Made by a program: the position numbers and the translations under genes
The notes under the pieces: model-generated
The model's input: only the letters and a program-made list of their open reading frames with translations
Database searches by the model: none
Told to the model about the DNA's origin: nothing
In this document: positions 1 to 9,904 of the stretch, in pieces
Position numbering within the stretch: position 1 is the first letter of the stretch
Layout: each line of letters starts with the position of its first letter
DNA from: Candidatus Hadarchaeota archaeon
Lineage (GTDB): Archaea; Hadarchaeota; Hadarchaeia; Hadarchaeales; JAGGTB01
Assembly: GCA_964399085.1 (NCBI GenBank)
Contig: CAYNPN010000001.1
Location: 43,468-107,467 of the forward strand
Direction: 5' to 3'
Length of the DNA: 64,000 nt

Positions 1-2103
1 TCTTCAAGGCCTCCTCGTAAGATCTAGCGGTTCCTCCCTCGGGCTGATTTAATTCCAGCTTATCTATCATTGCGCCGAATCTTTGCCTGTCCTCCGTCAT
101 GTCTATGGACTTAGGGGAAGTACCAAGGATGTTCACTCCTTCCTCCTCAAGTTCCTCGGCAATATTTAGTGGAGTCTGACCTCCGAACTGCACTACGACT
201 CCTTTAGGTTCCTCTTCCTCGATTATTCCCAAGATATCTTCCGCAGTCAATGGTTCAAAGTATAGCTTGTCCGAAGTGTCATAATCCGTTGAGACCGTCT
301 CCGGGTTGCTATTAACCATAATTGTCTCATAGCCTTCCTCCTCCAGTGCGAAAGCGGATTGGACGCAGCAATAATCAAACTCTATTCCTTGGCCAATCCT
401 ATTGGGACCAGACCCGAGAATCATTACCGACTCTTTATCGGTCTCCCTCACTTCCGATTCATCTCCATAGGTCGAGTAGTAATAGGGAGTCTTTGCCTCG
501 AACTCGGCCGCACAGGTATCCACTGCCTTATAAGTTGATTTTATTCCCGAGTCCTGACGATGATGTCTCACTTTCTTCTTCTCGGAATCCAAAAGATGAG
601 CAAGTTGTTTGTCCGAGAAACCATATCTTTTGGCCTTCCTGAGCATCCTTTCGGGCATTTCTTCCAATCTATCGTATTCTTTAATCTCCTCCTCAACCCC
701 GATGATGTTCTTAATTCTAGATATGAACCAAGGATCGATTTGAGTAAGCTCGCTGACTTCCTCAATGGAATATCCTTCCATCAGAGCGTGTTTGACGTAA
801 AATACTCTCTCGGGAGTCGGCTTCGAGAGCTTTCTCTCCAAATCAGCTTCTTCAAGTTCCACGGAATCTCCATCGGAGCCCAGACCGGCTCTTCCAATCT
901 CAAGGGAACGAATTGCTTTCTGGAGAGCCTCTTCGAAAGTCCTGCCAATTGACATTGTTTCTCCGACGGATTTCATTTGAGTGGTAAGTATTTCATTAGC
1001 TCCGGGAAGTTTGTCAAAGGGCCACCTTGGAGCCTTAACTACCGTATAGTCGATAGTGGGCTCGAAGGATGCCGGGGTCTCCTTCGTAATATCATTTGGT
1101 ATTTCATCCAATGTCAGTCCAATAGCCAATTTCGCGGCTATTTTCGCGATAGGAAATCCTGTGGCCTTCGAGGCCAAAGCGGAAGACCTTGAGACTCTCG
1201 GATTCATCTCGACAACTATCATTCTTCCGTTCTCAGGATTTACGGCGAATTGGATATTTGAGCCGCCAGTCTCAACTCCTATCTCTCTGATTATGTCAAT
1301 GGAGTAATCCCTCATCCTCTGATATTCCTCGTCGGTTAAGGTCTGAGAAGGGGCACAAGTAATAGAATCTCCAGTGTGGATGCCCATAGGAGTCATGTTC
1401 TCGACCGTGCAAATTATTACCACGTTGTCAGCCAAATCACGCATGACCTCCAATTCAAATTCCTTCCATCCCTCGACGGATTCCTCTATCAAAACCTGAT
1501 TAATTCTACTTCTACTAATTCCTCTTGTAGCTATCTCGTGAAGTTCCTCCTGATTGTAAGCCGATCCTCCACCCGATCCACCCAGAGTGTAAGCGGGCCT
1601 GACAACGACCGGATACCCGATTTCGTCGGCAACTTCCACGGCATCATCCGGGTCGGTGACCGCTTGGCTCCGAAGATAGGGCACATCGATATTGGCCATT
1701 GCATTCTTGAAGCTGGTTCTGTCCTCCGCCTTATTGATAGCCTCAGCGTCTGCACCGATGAGCTCCACGTCAAACTGTTCCAAAATTCCCTCCTCGGAAA
1801 GAGATGAAGCTATATTCAGGCCCTCCTGAGCGCCTAGAGTCGGAAGCAGGGCATCAGGGCGCTCCTTCTCAATTACCTTTCTCGCAAAATCCGAGGTCAA
1901 AGGTTCAATATAAGTCCTGTCTGCCATATCAAAATCAGTCATTATGGTAGCGGGATTCGAATTCATCAAAATCGTCTTATACCCCTCCTCCCTCAGAGCC
2001 TTGCAAGCCTGTGAGCCCGAATAGTCAAATTCGCATGCCTGGCCTATTCGAATCGGGCCGGATCCTATAACCATTATGCTTTCAATATCCTCTCTCTTAG
2101 GCA
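1..2103 (-). CDS. carB: Carbamoyl-phosphate synthase large subunit, N-terminal ~701 codons (3' end runs off the window start)
   Basis: Absent from the ORF track because there is no stop inside the window. My reverse-strand translation from ATG 2103-2101 stays open to position 1. It reads [57 protein letters not shown] ... [30 protein letters not shown] ... [29 protein letters not shown] ... second half [22 protein letters not shown]. These are textbook CarB motifs. Confidence 0.9.
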
Positions 2104-2238
2104 TGTTTTTCCTGACCCTTCGTCTTCTTTAAGCCAATGATTTTTAATCGTTATTAACATTCACCAAGAACACGATGAAAATTCAAAACCTTTTTTCGCA
2201 AATGCTAGAATATAGTTTTGGGTTTCGAGGTCTCTGAA

Positions 2239-3678
2239 ATGGGTGAGGAAAAATTTGGTTATGAAGATTTTCTGTCTCCATTCACATGGAGATACGGAAG
2301 CTCCGACATGAGGGAAATCTTCTCCGAAATAGAGTATAGAACTCTCTGGAGAAAAATCTGGGTCTCCCTAGCCGAAGCCCAAGCAGAATATGGATTGATA
2401 TCGGAAGAAGAACTTGAAGACCTCAAGTCGAAGGCCTCCCCAGAGCACATTGACTTGGAGAGAGCTCACGAGATAGAGGAGAAGATCGGACACGATTTGA
2501 TGGCGGAGGTAAAAACCTACGCGGAGCAATGTCCCACGGGCGGAGGTAAGATCCACCTTGGGGCCACTTCAATGGACATCGAGGACAACGCGGACGTAAT
2601 CAGGATGAAAAAGGGCTTCGAATTGATAATGAAAAAATTAGTGAATTGTCTGAAATTGTGTTCGGAACATGTAGACGAATATAAAGAAATGGCCTGTATG
2701 GGATGGACACATATTCAGCCCGCAGAACCTACCACGGTCGGGTATAGATTCGCCAATTACGCTCAGGATTTAGTATTGGATATCACAGCACTGGAAAAAT
2801 TACTCGATGGTTTTCTGAAAGGTAAGGGGATAAAGGGCGCCGTAGGTACATCGGCCAGCTATCAGAGGTTGCTCGGTGAAGATGAATCTCCAGCCGAGAT
2901 GGAAAAAAAGGTAATGGACAAACTCGAATTAGATTACTTCCCTGTCTCGTCACAGACTTACCCCCGAAAACTAGACTATCTCGTCCTTTCAACACTCTCC
3001 AGCATAAGTCAAAGTGTGCATAAGTTCGCTCTCGACCTGAGACATCTCCAATCTCCTCCGTTTGGAGAGTTATCGGAACCGCTGAAGGAAGAACAAGTGG
3101 GATCTTCAGCCATGCCTTTCAAGAAAAATCCCGTAACTTCCGAGAGAATGTGCTCCTTGTCCCGATACGTCTCATCTCTGCCCAAAATAGCTTGGGAAAA
3201 TTCGGCACAATCCATTTTGGAAAGAACCCTTGACGATTCCGCCAATCGGAGGATAATAATACCCGAATCCTTCCTAGCAGTCGACGAAATCCTAAGACTA
3301 TATGAAAAAATTCTGAAGGATTTGACCGTCTATCCTGAGATGATAAAATTAAACCTAAAAAAATTCGGAATGTTTTCCGGGACGGAAGCAATTCTGATGA
3401 AACTAGTCGAGGAAGGAGAAGATAGACAGGAAATACACGAGAAACTGAGGGTAATATCCTCGCAGGCATGGGAGAAGGTGATGAAAGGAATGGAGAATCC
3501 ACTTCCTAAGCTCCTAAAAGAAGATGAAGTGATAGGGGAACATCTTGAAGAAGATGAAGTAGACGAATTATTAGAACCGTCGGAGCACGTAGGCGACGCT
3601 CCCGAGCGTTGTAAGGAATTCATCGAAAATACCGTAGAACCTATTCTCTCACGACACGAAGACAAATTAGAGATTTAA
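2239..3678 (+). CDS. purB: Adenylosuccinate lyase
   Basis: Track ORF 2218..3678. The probable start is ATG 2239 (MGEEKFGYEDFLSPFTWRYGS). Fumarate-lyase family motifs are present: GATSMDIEDNA and the signature loop GSSAMPFKKNP. Confidence 0.9.
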   Translation: MGEEKFGYEDFLSPFTWRYGSSDMREIFSEIEYRTLWRKIWVSLAEAQAEYGLISEEELEDLKSKASPEHIDLERAHEIEEKIGHDLMAEVKTYAEQCPTGGGKIHLGATSMDIEDNADVIRMKKGFELIMKKLVNCLKLCSEHVDEYKEMACMGWTHIQPAEPTTVGYRFANYAQDLVLDITALEKLLDGFLKGKGIKGAVGTSASYQRLLGEDESPAEMEKKVMDKLELDYFPVSSQTYPRKLDYLVLSTLSSISQSVHKFALDLRHLQSPPFGELSEPLKEEQVGSSAMPFKKNPVTSERMCSLSRYVSSLPKIAWENSAQSILERTLDDSANRRIIIPESFLAVDEILRLYEKILKDLTVYPEMIKLNLKKFGMFSGTEAILMKLVEEGEDRQEIHEKLRVISSQAWEKVMKGMENPLPKLLKEDEVIGEHLEEDEVDELLEPSEHVGDAPERCKEFIENTVEPILSRHEDKLEI

Positions 3679-3679
3679 A

Positions 3680-4552
3680 TTGCCGGTCGAAACCATGGCA
3701 AATCTATTGGACGGAAAAAAACTTGCAAACGAAATCAAGAAAGAAATTACTAAAAAAATTAGCAAATCGCAAAAATCTTACGGACTAGCAGCCGTCTTAA
3801 TAGGAGACAATCCGGCCTCCAAAAAATATCTTAAACTAAAGGATAAGGACTGTACCGAGGTCGGAATAGATTTCGAGAACTTTCACCTCTCCTCGAACGT
3901 TTCCATGGAAGAAGTTTTGGATTTACTGAACGAGCTAAATCAAAACGAGGATTTCGATGGAATAATCGTCCAATTTCCAGTGCCCGATCATCTGGAATGG
4001 AAAAAGATAACGAATGCGATAAATCCCGAAAAGGATGTCGACGGGCTGCATCCCTATAATGTCGGGAAACTCTGGTCTTCCGACTACAACTTCCAGGAAG
4101 ACCTCATACCATGTACTCCTAGAGGAATAATCACAATGTTAGAGAGATACGAAATAGATGTCGAGGGAATGGACGCCGTTATCATTAATAGGAGTGATCT
4201 AGTCGGCAAACCCCTAGCGAAACTTCTTCTCGACAGAAATGCTACCGTAACCCTCTGCCATTCCAAAACGGATAATATCGAGGCTCATGCTTCATCCTGC
4301 GACTTGTTAATAACGGCTGTAGGTAGGAGACCGGATTTCGTGGTGACCGAGGAAATGGTAAAGGAAGGAGCCGTGGTGGTAGACGTAGGAATGAACTACA
4401 TCGAAGACGAACTATACGGAGACGTAAAATTTGAGGAAGTAAAGGAAAAGGCATCCTATATCACTCCCGTTCCTGGAGGAGTCGGGCCCATGACTCGGGT
4501 CTCGCTTTTAGAAAACGTCTTGAACGCCGGAGCTAAGAAAGACTTATCTTAA
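3680..4552 (+). CDS. folD: Bifunctional methylene-THF dehydrogenase / methenyl-THF cyclohydrolase
   Basis: LLDGKKLANEIK, DGIIVQFPVP, VINRSDLVGKPLAKLL and TPVPGGVGPMT. The start may be ATG 3695 rather than TTG 3680. Confidence 0.88.
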   Translation: MPVETMANLLDGKKLANEIKKEITKKISKSQKSYGLAAVLIGDNPASKKYLKLKDKDCTEVGIDFENFHLSSNVSMEEVLDLLNELNQNEDFDGIIVQFPVPDHLEWKKITNAINPEKDVDGLHPYNVGKLWSSDYNFQEDLIPCTPRGIITMLERYEIDVEGMDAVIINRSDLVGKPLAKLLLDRNATVTLCHSKTDNIEAHASSCDLLITAVGRRPDFVVTEEMVKEGAVVVDVGMNYIEDELYGDVKFEEVKEKASYITPVPGGVGPMTRVSLLENVLNAGAKKDLS

Positions 4553-4593
4553 TTATCTTCCAAGTGGGAAAATGCAGATAATGGGGTACAATT

Positions 4594-5304
4594 TTGGCTA
4601 AAGAAAGGCTGGGCATTTTGGCCTCCGGAAGAGGTTCAAACTTTCAAGCTATAATGAGAAACATAGAACTTGGCGCCTTGAAAAACGTAGACGCGGGAGT
4701 TTTAATAACGGATAATCCAGAGGCCCGAGCACTTGAGGTAGCGAATCATTTCGATGTCCCCCATAAAATCGTCGATGCTGGAGGCAAGGATAAGAAAGAA
4801 TACGAAAAGAAAATTCACGAAATTTTCAAGAACCACGACATTTCCCTCGTTATTCTAGCAGGCTTCATGCGAATAGTGAGTCCATACCTCATCGAGGAAT
4901 ATGAGGAGAGGATGATGAATATACACCCTTCTCTCCTTCCGGCCTTCAAGGGTTTGGATGCGCAAAAAAAGGCCCTAGACTATGGAGTCAAAGTGTCTGG
5001 ATGTACGGTTCACTACGTCTCCCAAGAAGTCGATTCCGGCCCCATAATCGTGCAACACCCGGTCCCAGTTAAAGAGGACGATACCGAAGAGAGCCTATCG
5101 GAGCGAATTTTGATATTCGAACACAGGTTATATTCAAAAGCCATTCAGCTTCATGCAGATGACAATCTAAAGGTCGAGGGGAGGAGAGTAAAAATCAATG
5201 CAGATGAAATTTGGAGAAAAAATTGGAAAAAAAGACAGAAGAAGTTTATTGAACATCAGGAGGAGGCCTTGGAGGAAGGTAAAGTATTCAAGGAGATAGG
5301 ATAA
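4594..5304 (+). CDS. purN: Phosphoribosylglycinamide formyltransferase (GAR transformylase) with an extra K/E-rich C-terminal tail
   Basis: ASGRGSNFQAI, LAGFMRIV, NIHPSLLPAF and SGCTVHYV..VDSGPII. Confidence 0.88.
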   Translation: MAKERLGILASGRGSNFQAIMRNIELGALKNVDAGVLITDNPEARALEVANHFDVPHKIVDAGGKDKKEYEKKIHEIFKNHDISLVILAGFMRIVSPYLIEEYEERMMNIHPSLLPAFKGLDAQKKALDYGVKVSGCTVHYVSQEVDSGPIIVQHPVPVKEDDTEESLSERILIFEHRLYSKAIQLHADDNLKVEGRRVKINADEIWRKNWKKRQKKFIEHQEEALEEGKVFKEIG

Positions 5305-6461
5305 TGCCTACGAAATACGAGGAAGTCGGAGTAGACGCCCAGAAGGAAGGGATTGAGGTATTCGAATCGACCATAGACAATCTCTTTCCCGAGGCCTTCT
5401 GTACCGTAAGTAGAGATCCGGACAACGAGGACCGGGGGATAGTACTCCACACGGATGGAGCCGGAAGCAAGCCCGTACAGAATTACCTTCTCTGGAAGGA
5501 AACCGGTGATCTGAGCTGGTTTGAAACTATAGGCCAAGATGTACTCGCCATGAATATAGACGATTTGATATGTATCGGGGGAAGGCCCTTGGCGTTTGTA
5601 GACTACATCGCCCTGAACAAGGGGCTCTTCCCCAAGAAAAAAGTTTTGTCGGAACTAAATTCGGGTTTTAGTAAAACTCTGGATCTAATGGAAAAGTATG
5701 GGCTCGATATTTCCTTCTTGGGTGGCGAAACGGCGGATCTGCCAGATCAATTAAAAACTCTCGACGTTTCCGGTACGATTTACGGGCGCGTCAAGCTCTC
5801 TGAAGCCATTACCGGCGAGGATGTAGAACCTGGGAACGAAATAATCGGTCTGAGAAGTGGGGGACGGACCGAATATGAAGAGGAGCAAAACAGTGGCATT
5901 ATGTGTAATGGGATAACCCTAGCAAGACATTGTCTAATGAAGGAAGATTATGAGAAAGAATACCCCGAAATAAAGGGTCCCGAAAAAGGATACTACGGCA
6001 AATTCGATGTCGAGGAATACACTTCCGAAATAGGGATGAAAGTTGGTGAGGCCATCGTCTCTCCGACCAGGATATTCGCCCCCGTTTTGAACGAAATTCT
6101 CGAAAAATTCCGCGAACGGGTGAAGGGAATAGTTCATAACACGGGGGGAGGTCAAACAAAGAGTCTAAATCTCGGAGAAAACATCCATTACTTGAAGGAG
6201 AATCCAATAGAACCGGATCCAATTTTTAAACTCATCCAAAGGGAATCCGGGGAGGAGTGGAAAGCGATGTACGAAGACTACAACATGGGTACCGGAATGG
6301 AAATAATAGCAGAAGAGGGCCAAGGAGACAAAATCCTGGATATAGCCGAAGATTTCGATTTAGAGGGAAAGGTTATTGGAGAATGTGAGAAAAATGATGG
6401 GGGAAACAAGGTAACCATCGACAGTCAATTTGGAAAATTCACATACCAAGAAGGTGAATGA
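5304..6461 (+). CDS. purM: Phosphoribosylformylglycinamidine cyclo-ligase (AIR synthase family)
   Basis: PurM-fold motifs: YEEVGVD, LHTDGAGSK, DDLICIGGRPLAFVDY and GGETADLPD. It lies between purN and purS. The start overlaps the purN stop. Confidence 0.8.
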   Translation: MPTKYEEVGVDAQKEGIEVFESTIDNLFPEAFCTVSRDPDNEDRGIVLHTDGAGSKPVQNYLLWKETGDLSWFETIGQDVLAMNIDDLICIGGRPLAFVDYIALNKGLFPKKKVLSELNSGFSKTLDLMEKYGLDISFLGGETADLPDQLKTLDVSGTIYGRVKLSEAITGEDVEPGNEIIGLRSGGRTEYEEEQNSGIMCNGITLARHCLMKEDYEKEYPEIKGPEKGYYGKFDVEEYTSEIGMKVGEAIVSPTRIFAPVLNEILEKFRERVKGIVHNTGGGQTKSLNLGENIHYLKENPIEPDPIFKLIQRESGEEWKAMYEDYNMGTGMEIIAEEGQGDKILDIAEDFDLEGKVIGECEKNDGGNKVTIDSQFGKFTYQEGE

Positions 6462-6718
6462 AAATTAAAACCTATCACGCCAGAATCGAAGTGAAATTAA
6501 AGCCGGACCATATCGATTCAGAAGGGCTTACTACGAAGGAAGCTCTGAGAGATATGGGATTTGAAGTTAAAGGGGCGTCAACCGCCAAAGTTTACGAGAT
6601 AGATTTTGAGGCCTCCTCTACTGAAGATGCCGAAAAAAAGGTCGAGGATATGTGCAAAAAGCTGCTAGCAAATCCCGTCAAAGACGATTACAAAGTTGAG
6701 GTGGAAAAAGCTGGATGA
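6458..6718 (+). CDS. purS: FGAM synthase subunit PurS
   Basis: An 86-aa protein that overlaps both neighbours. Its size and its position between purM and purL are typical of PurS. Confidence 0.8.
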   Translation: MKIKTYHARIEVKLKPDHIDSEGLTTKEALRDMGFEVKGASTAKVYEIDFEASSTEDAEKKVEDMCKKLLANPVKDDYKVEVEKAG

Positions 6719-9089
6719 TTTCTCCCTTATCGAGGAAAGAGAGAATCTATCTTTTGAGCTAGTCGAAATAAATCTCCCAGAAGCTGACGATTCCGATCTC
6801 ATGAAGATAAGCGAGGATTTCGGGCTCGCCTTGAGCCTGGAGGACATGAAGAAGTGTAAAAGACATTTTTCTAACACTGAGAAAAAGCCGACGGATGTGG
6901 AAATACAGACGATAGCCCAGACATGGTCCGAGCATTGTTATCACCGGACCTTCCGAGGAAATATTACAATGAATGGCAAGGAGGTCTGTCTCCTTGAAGA
7001 CTACATAAAAAAAGCCACCGAAGAAATTTCTCCAGATTGGTGTGTTTCCGTATTCAAGGACAATGCTGGTATTGTGGAGTTCGATGAGGAGAGATCGATA
7101 GCCGCCAAGGTAGAAACACACAACCATCCCTCCGCCATAGATCCCTTCGGCGGAGCGGCAACCGGAGTCGGCGGGGTCATTAGAGATATTCTCGGGGTTT
7201 GGGCCCGACCTATAGCAAACACGGATGTTCTTTGTTTCGGGCCTTTGGATTACGATTACGATAAGCTCCCCCAAGGAACGAAACACCCAAGATACCTATT
7301 CCAAGGAGTTACCGATGGAATAGGCCACTACGGAAATAACATGGGCATTCCTACCGTAAACGGGGCGATTTGTTTCGATGAAGGATACGTTGGAAATGTG
7401 GTGGTTTATTGCGGTTGTATAGGCACTATGCCTACCGATTCTTACGTAAGAAATCCGGAGCCGGGAGATATAGCAATCCTAGCGGGTGGAAAAACCGGTA
7501 GAGATGGAATTCACGGCGTAACTTTTGCCTCGGAGGAACTGACGGAGGAATCGGAAGAGTCACAGAGGCCGGCAGTACAAATACCCAATCCTATCGAGGA
7601 GGAAAAATTGAGGAGGGCAATCCTGAAAATCCGAGAGAAGGGGCTCGGAAAGGCAATAACGGATCTCGGAGGTGGGGGCCTATCGTCCGCCATGGGCGAA
7701 ACTGCCCACGATGCGGATTGTGGAGCTAGAGTTAATCTAGAAAGGGTTCCACTGAAACACGGTGAGATAGCGCCCTGGGAGATATGGATATCGGAATCCC
7801 AAGAAAGGATGTTTTTGGTCGTCGGGGAGGAAGACGTGGAGAAAGTTCTCGAAATATTTGAAAGTGAAAATGTCGAGGCGACTCGAGTAGGTAAATTTAC
7901 TGACGACGAAAAACTCAAGGTCTACTACAAAGACAATCTAGTCGCCGATTTAGATTTGGATTTCCTTTTCCAACCTCCAAAAATATCCCGAATGGCCAAA
8001 TGGAATGAGCCCGATTTAGAGGAACCACAGATATCGGAGCCCGAAGACTTTGAAGAGGTGTTATTGGATCTTTTATCCTCTTATAACGTCTCAAGTAAGG
8101 AATCGGTCATCAGGACCTACGATCACGAAGTGCAGGGAAACACTATCTTGAAGCCCCTTCAAGGAGAACACGCCGGTCCAAACAATGGAGCAGTTTTGAA
8201 ACCATTTCCGGATTCGAGGAAGGGAATAGCTATCTCCTCGGGGATAAAACCGAGCTATGGAAAAATCGATCCCTATTCCATGGCAGCTTCCGCAATAGAG
8301 GAAGCAATTAGAAACAACGTTGCAGTAGGTGGCAGAAGAATTTCTTTGCTGGACAACTTTACTTGGGGGAATCCGGAAAAGGAGGAGGAATTAGGAAAGC
8401 TCGTAAAGGCCTGCGAGGCCTGTTACGACATCGCCAAGGATTTCCAAACTCCCTTCATCTCGGGAAAGGATAGCCTTTACAACGAATCTCCCTTGGGGCC
8501 AGTCACGCCAACGTTATTGATAACCGCCGTCGGAATAGTCCCTGACGTGGAAAGCGCTGTCTCGATGGATTTAAAGAAGAAAGGAAATCCAATTTATCTC
8601 GTCGGAGAAACTTATCGAGAGTTAGGTGGATCTGAATATTACAAGCTAAACGGATATCTGGGTAGAAGCGTGCCAAAAGTCAGACCCCAACGAGCCAAGA
8701 GGAATGTAGAAACAATTAAGGAAGCGATTGACGAAGGATATGTCCGGTCCTGCCATGATCTCTCCGACGGTGGACTCGCAATTTCCATAAGCGAAATGTC
8801 TTTTTCGGGCGGATTGGGGGCCGAATTGAACCTCGAAAAAGTACCGAGTTCCATAAATAGGGACGACTTCCTTCTATTCTCCGAATCAAATGGTAGATTC
8901 CTAGTCGAAGTGCCCGAAGGAAAGGCCACCGAATTTGAAAACCTAGCGGAGGAATGTGTGTGCTCTCGGGTTGGTAAAGTGAAGGGCGGAGACAAGCTCC
9001 AAATTACTGATTTAAATAACGGAGAAATTTTGAACTCGAAATTGTCCGAACTGAGAAAAGCCTGGAAGGGAGGGACTGAGCCTGAGTGA
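6696..9089 (+). CDS. purL: FGAM synthase II (synthetase subunit)
   Basis: TWSEHCYHRTF, ETHNHPSAIDPFGGAATGVGGVIRD, AGGKTGRDGIHG and SGKDSLYNE. The start is uncertain: TTG 6696, with the next in-frame ATG at 6801. Confidence 0.9.
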   Translation: MRWKKLDDFSLIEERENLSFELVEINLPEADDSDLMKISEDFGLALSLEDMKKCKRHFSNTEKKPTDVEIQTIAQTWSEHCYHRTFRGNITMNGKEVCLLEDYIKKATEEISPDWCVSVFKDNAGIVEFDEERSIAAKVETHNHPSAIDPFGGAATGVGGVIRDILGVWARPIANTDVLCFGPLDYDYDKLPQGTKHPRYLFQGVTDGIGHYGNNMGIPTVNGAICFDEGYVGNVVVYCGCIGTMPTDSYVRNPEPGDIAILAGGKTGRDGIHGVTFASEELTEESEESQRPAVQIPNPIEEEKLRRAILKIREKGLGKAITDLGGGGLSSAMGETAHDADCGARVNLERVPLKHGEIAPWEIWISESQERMFLVVGEEDVEKVLEIFESENVEATRVGKFTDDEKLKVYYKDNLVADLDLDFLFQPPKISRMAKWNEPDLEEPQISEPEDFEEVLLDLLSSYNVSSKESVIRTYDHEVQGNTILKPLQGEHAGPNNGAVLKPFPDSRKGIAISSGIKPSYGKIDPYSMAASAIEEAIRNNVAVGGRRISLLDNFTWGNPEKEEELGKLVKACEACYDIAKDFQTPFISGKDSLYNESPLGPVTPTLLITAVGIVPDVESAVSMDLKKKGNPIYLVGETYRELGGSEYYKLNGYLGRSVPKVRPQRAKRNVETIKEAIDEGYVRSCHDLSDGGLAISISEMSFSGGLGAELNLEKVPSSINRDDFLLFSESNGRFLVEVPEGKATEFENLAEECVCSRVGKVKGGDKLQITDLNNGEILNSKLSELRKAWKGGTEPE

Positions 9090-9102
9090 AATAAAGGCGT
9101 GT

Positions 9103-9897
9103 GTGCTGAGAGCTGGAGGCACCAACTGCGATATCGAAACAAAACATGCCCTAGATGACTTCAAGGGAGTAAATTCGGAGGTAGTTAGAGTGGATAGGCT
9201 GGGTAGAAATAATGTCCTCCAGGAATACGACTGTCTCGTTATACCGGGCGGATTCTCCTTCGGCGATCACATTAGGGCCGGAGCCGTCTTTGCAAATAGG
9301 ATAAGAACGATCTTCGGTGAAGAACTGAAGAGATTTGCAGAAGAGGGAAATGTGATACTGGGAATATGCAACGGCTTTCAAGTTTTGGTCGAAACTGGTC
9401 TCCTCCCAGGTCTAGAAGGTATCAGCGAATATCCCAAGGCCGCGCTAGCCATTAACGAATCCGCCAAGTACGAATGCAGATGGACCTACCTGAAAAACGA
9501 GAATGAGGGAAAATGCATATTTACTCGAGAAATGGAAAAGGGAGAGAAATTATTCATCCCTGTCGCCCACAAGGAAGGAAGATTCATTTTACAGAAGGAA
9601 AGGGAGGAGGAACTTCTCGAAAAACTCTACGAAAATGACCAAATAGTCCTTCGATACTGCGATAGGGAGGGAAAATACGCCGATGGGAAATATCCTCAAA
9701 ATCCCAACGGAAGCATACACGATATAGCCGGGATTTGCGATCCGAATGGAAAAATTTTCGGATTGATGCCACATCCCGAAAGGGCCTACAATGGAATCCA
9801 TCTCCCCGACTGGACAAGAAAGTCCGAAATTCCGGAATATGCCGATGGGCGATTAATCTTCAAATCTATGGTAGAATACCTAAAGCAAAAAGCTTGA
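9103..9897 (+). CDS. purQ: FGAM synthase I (glutaminase subunit)
   Basis: GGTNCD, GICNGFQVL (Cys nucleophile) and MPHPER. The first canonical start is GTG 9103. The frame is open upstream to 9082 and there encodes the expected first beta-strand (SEIKACVLRAGG). Confidence 0.88.
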   Translation: MLRAGGTNCDIETKHALDDFKGVNSEVVRVDRLGRNNVLQEYDCLVIPGGFSFGDHIRAGAVFANRIRTIFGEELKRFAEEGNVILGICNGFQVLVETGLLPGLEGISEYPKAALAINESAKYECRWTYLKNENEGKCIFTREMEKGEKLFIPVAHKEGRFILQKEREEELLEKLYENDQIVLRYCDREGKYADGKYPQNPNGSIHDIAGICDPNGKIFGLMPHPERAYNGIHLPDWTRKSEIPEYADGRLIFKSMVEYLKQKA

Positions 9898-9904
9898 AGC
9901 GCGT

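Noticed and set aside
322-1807. Track ORFs on the + strand at 322..642, 560..952, 1056..1307 and 1376..1807
   Set aside because: All are shadows of the carB reading frame on the minus strand, which is open across the whole interval.
6759-7286. A 175-aa minus-strand ORF, with similar long antisense ORFs at 8639..9142, 7511..7918, 25741..26247, 32030..32635, 32706..33344, 18513..18965, 23496..23903, 37846..38283 and 63579..63974
   Set aside because: Each lies entirely antisense to a gene with strong family motifs. Each has a biased, low-complexity composition (S/P/R/L-rich) typical of shadow ORFs.
9087-9103. A possible programmed frameshift or readthrough fusing PurL to PurQ
   Set aside because: purQ is in the +1 frame, and I can see no slippery sequence or stimulatory structure. 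Separate subunits are the norm in archaea. Only the start-codon oddity is reported.
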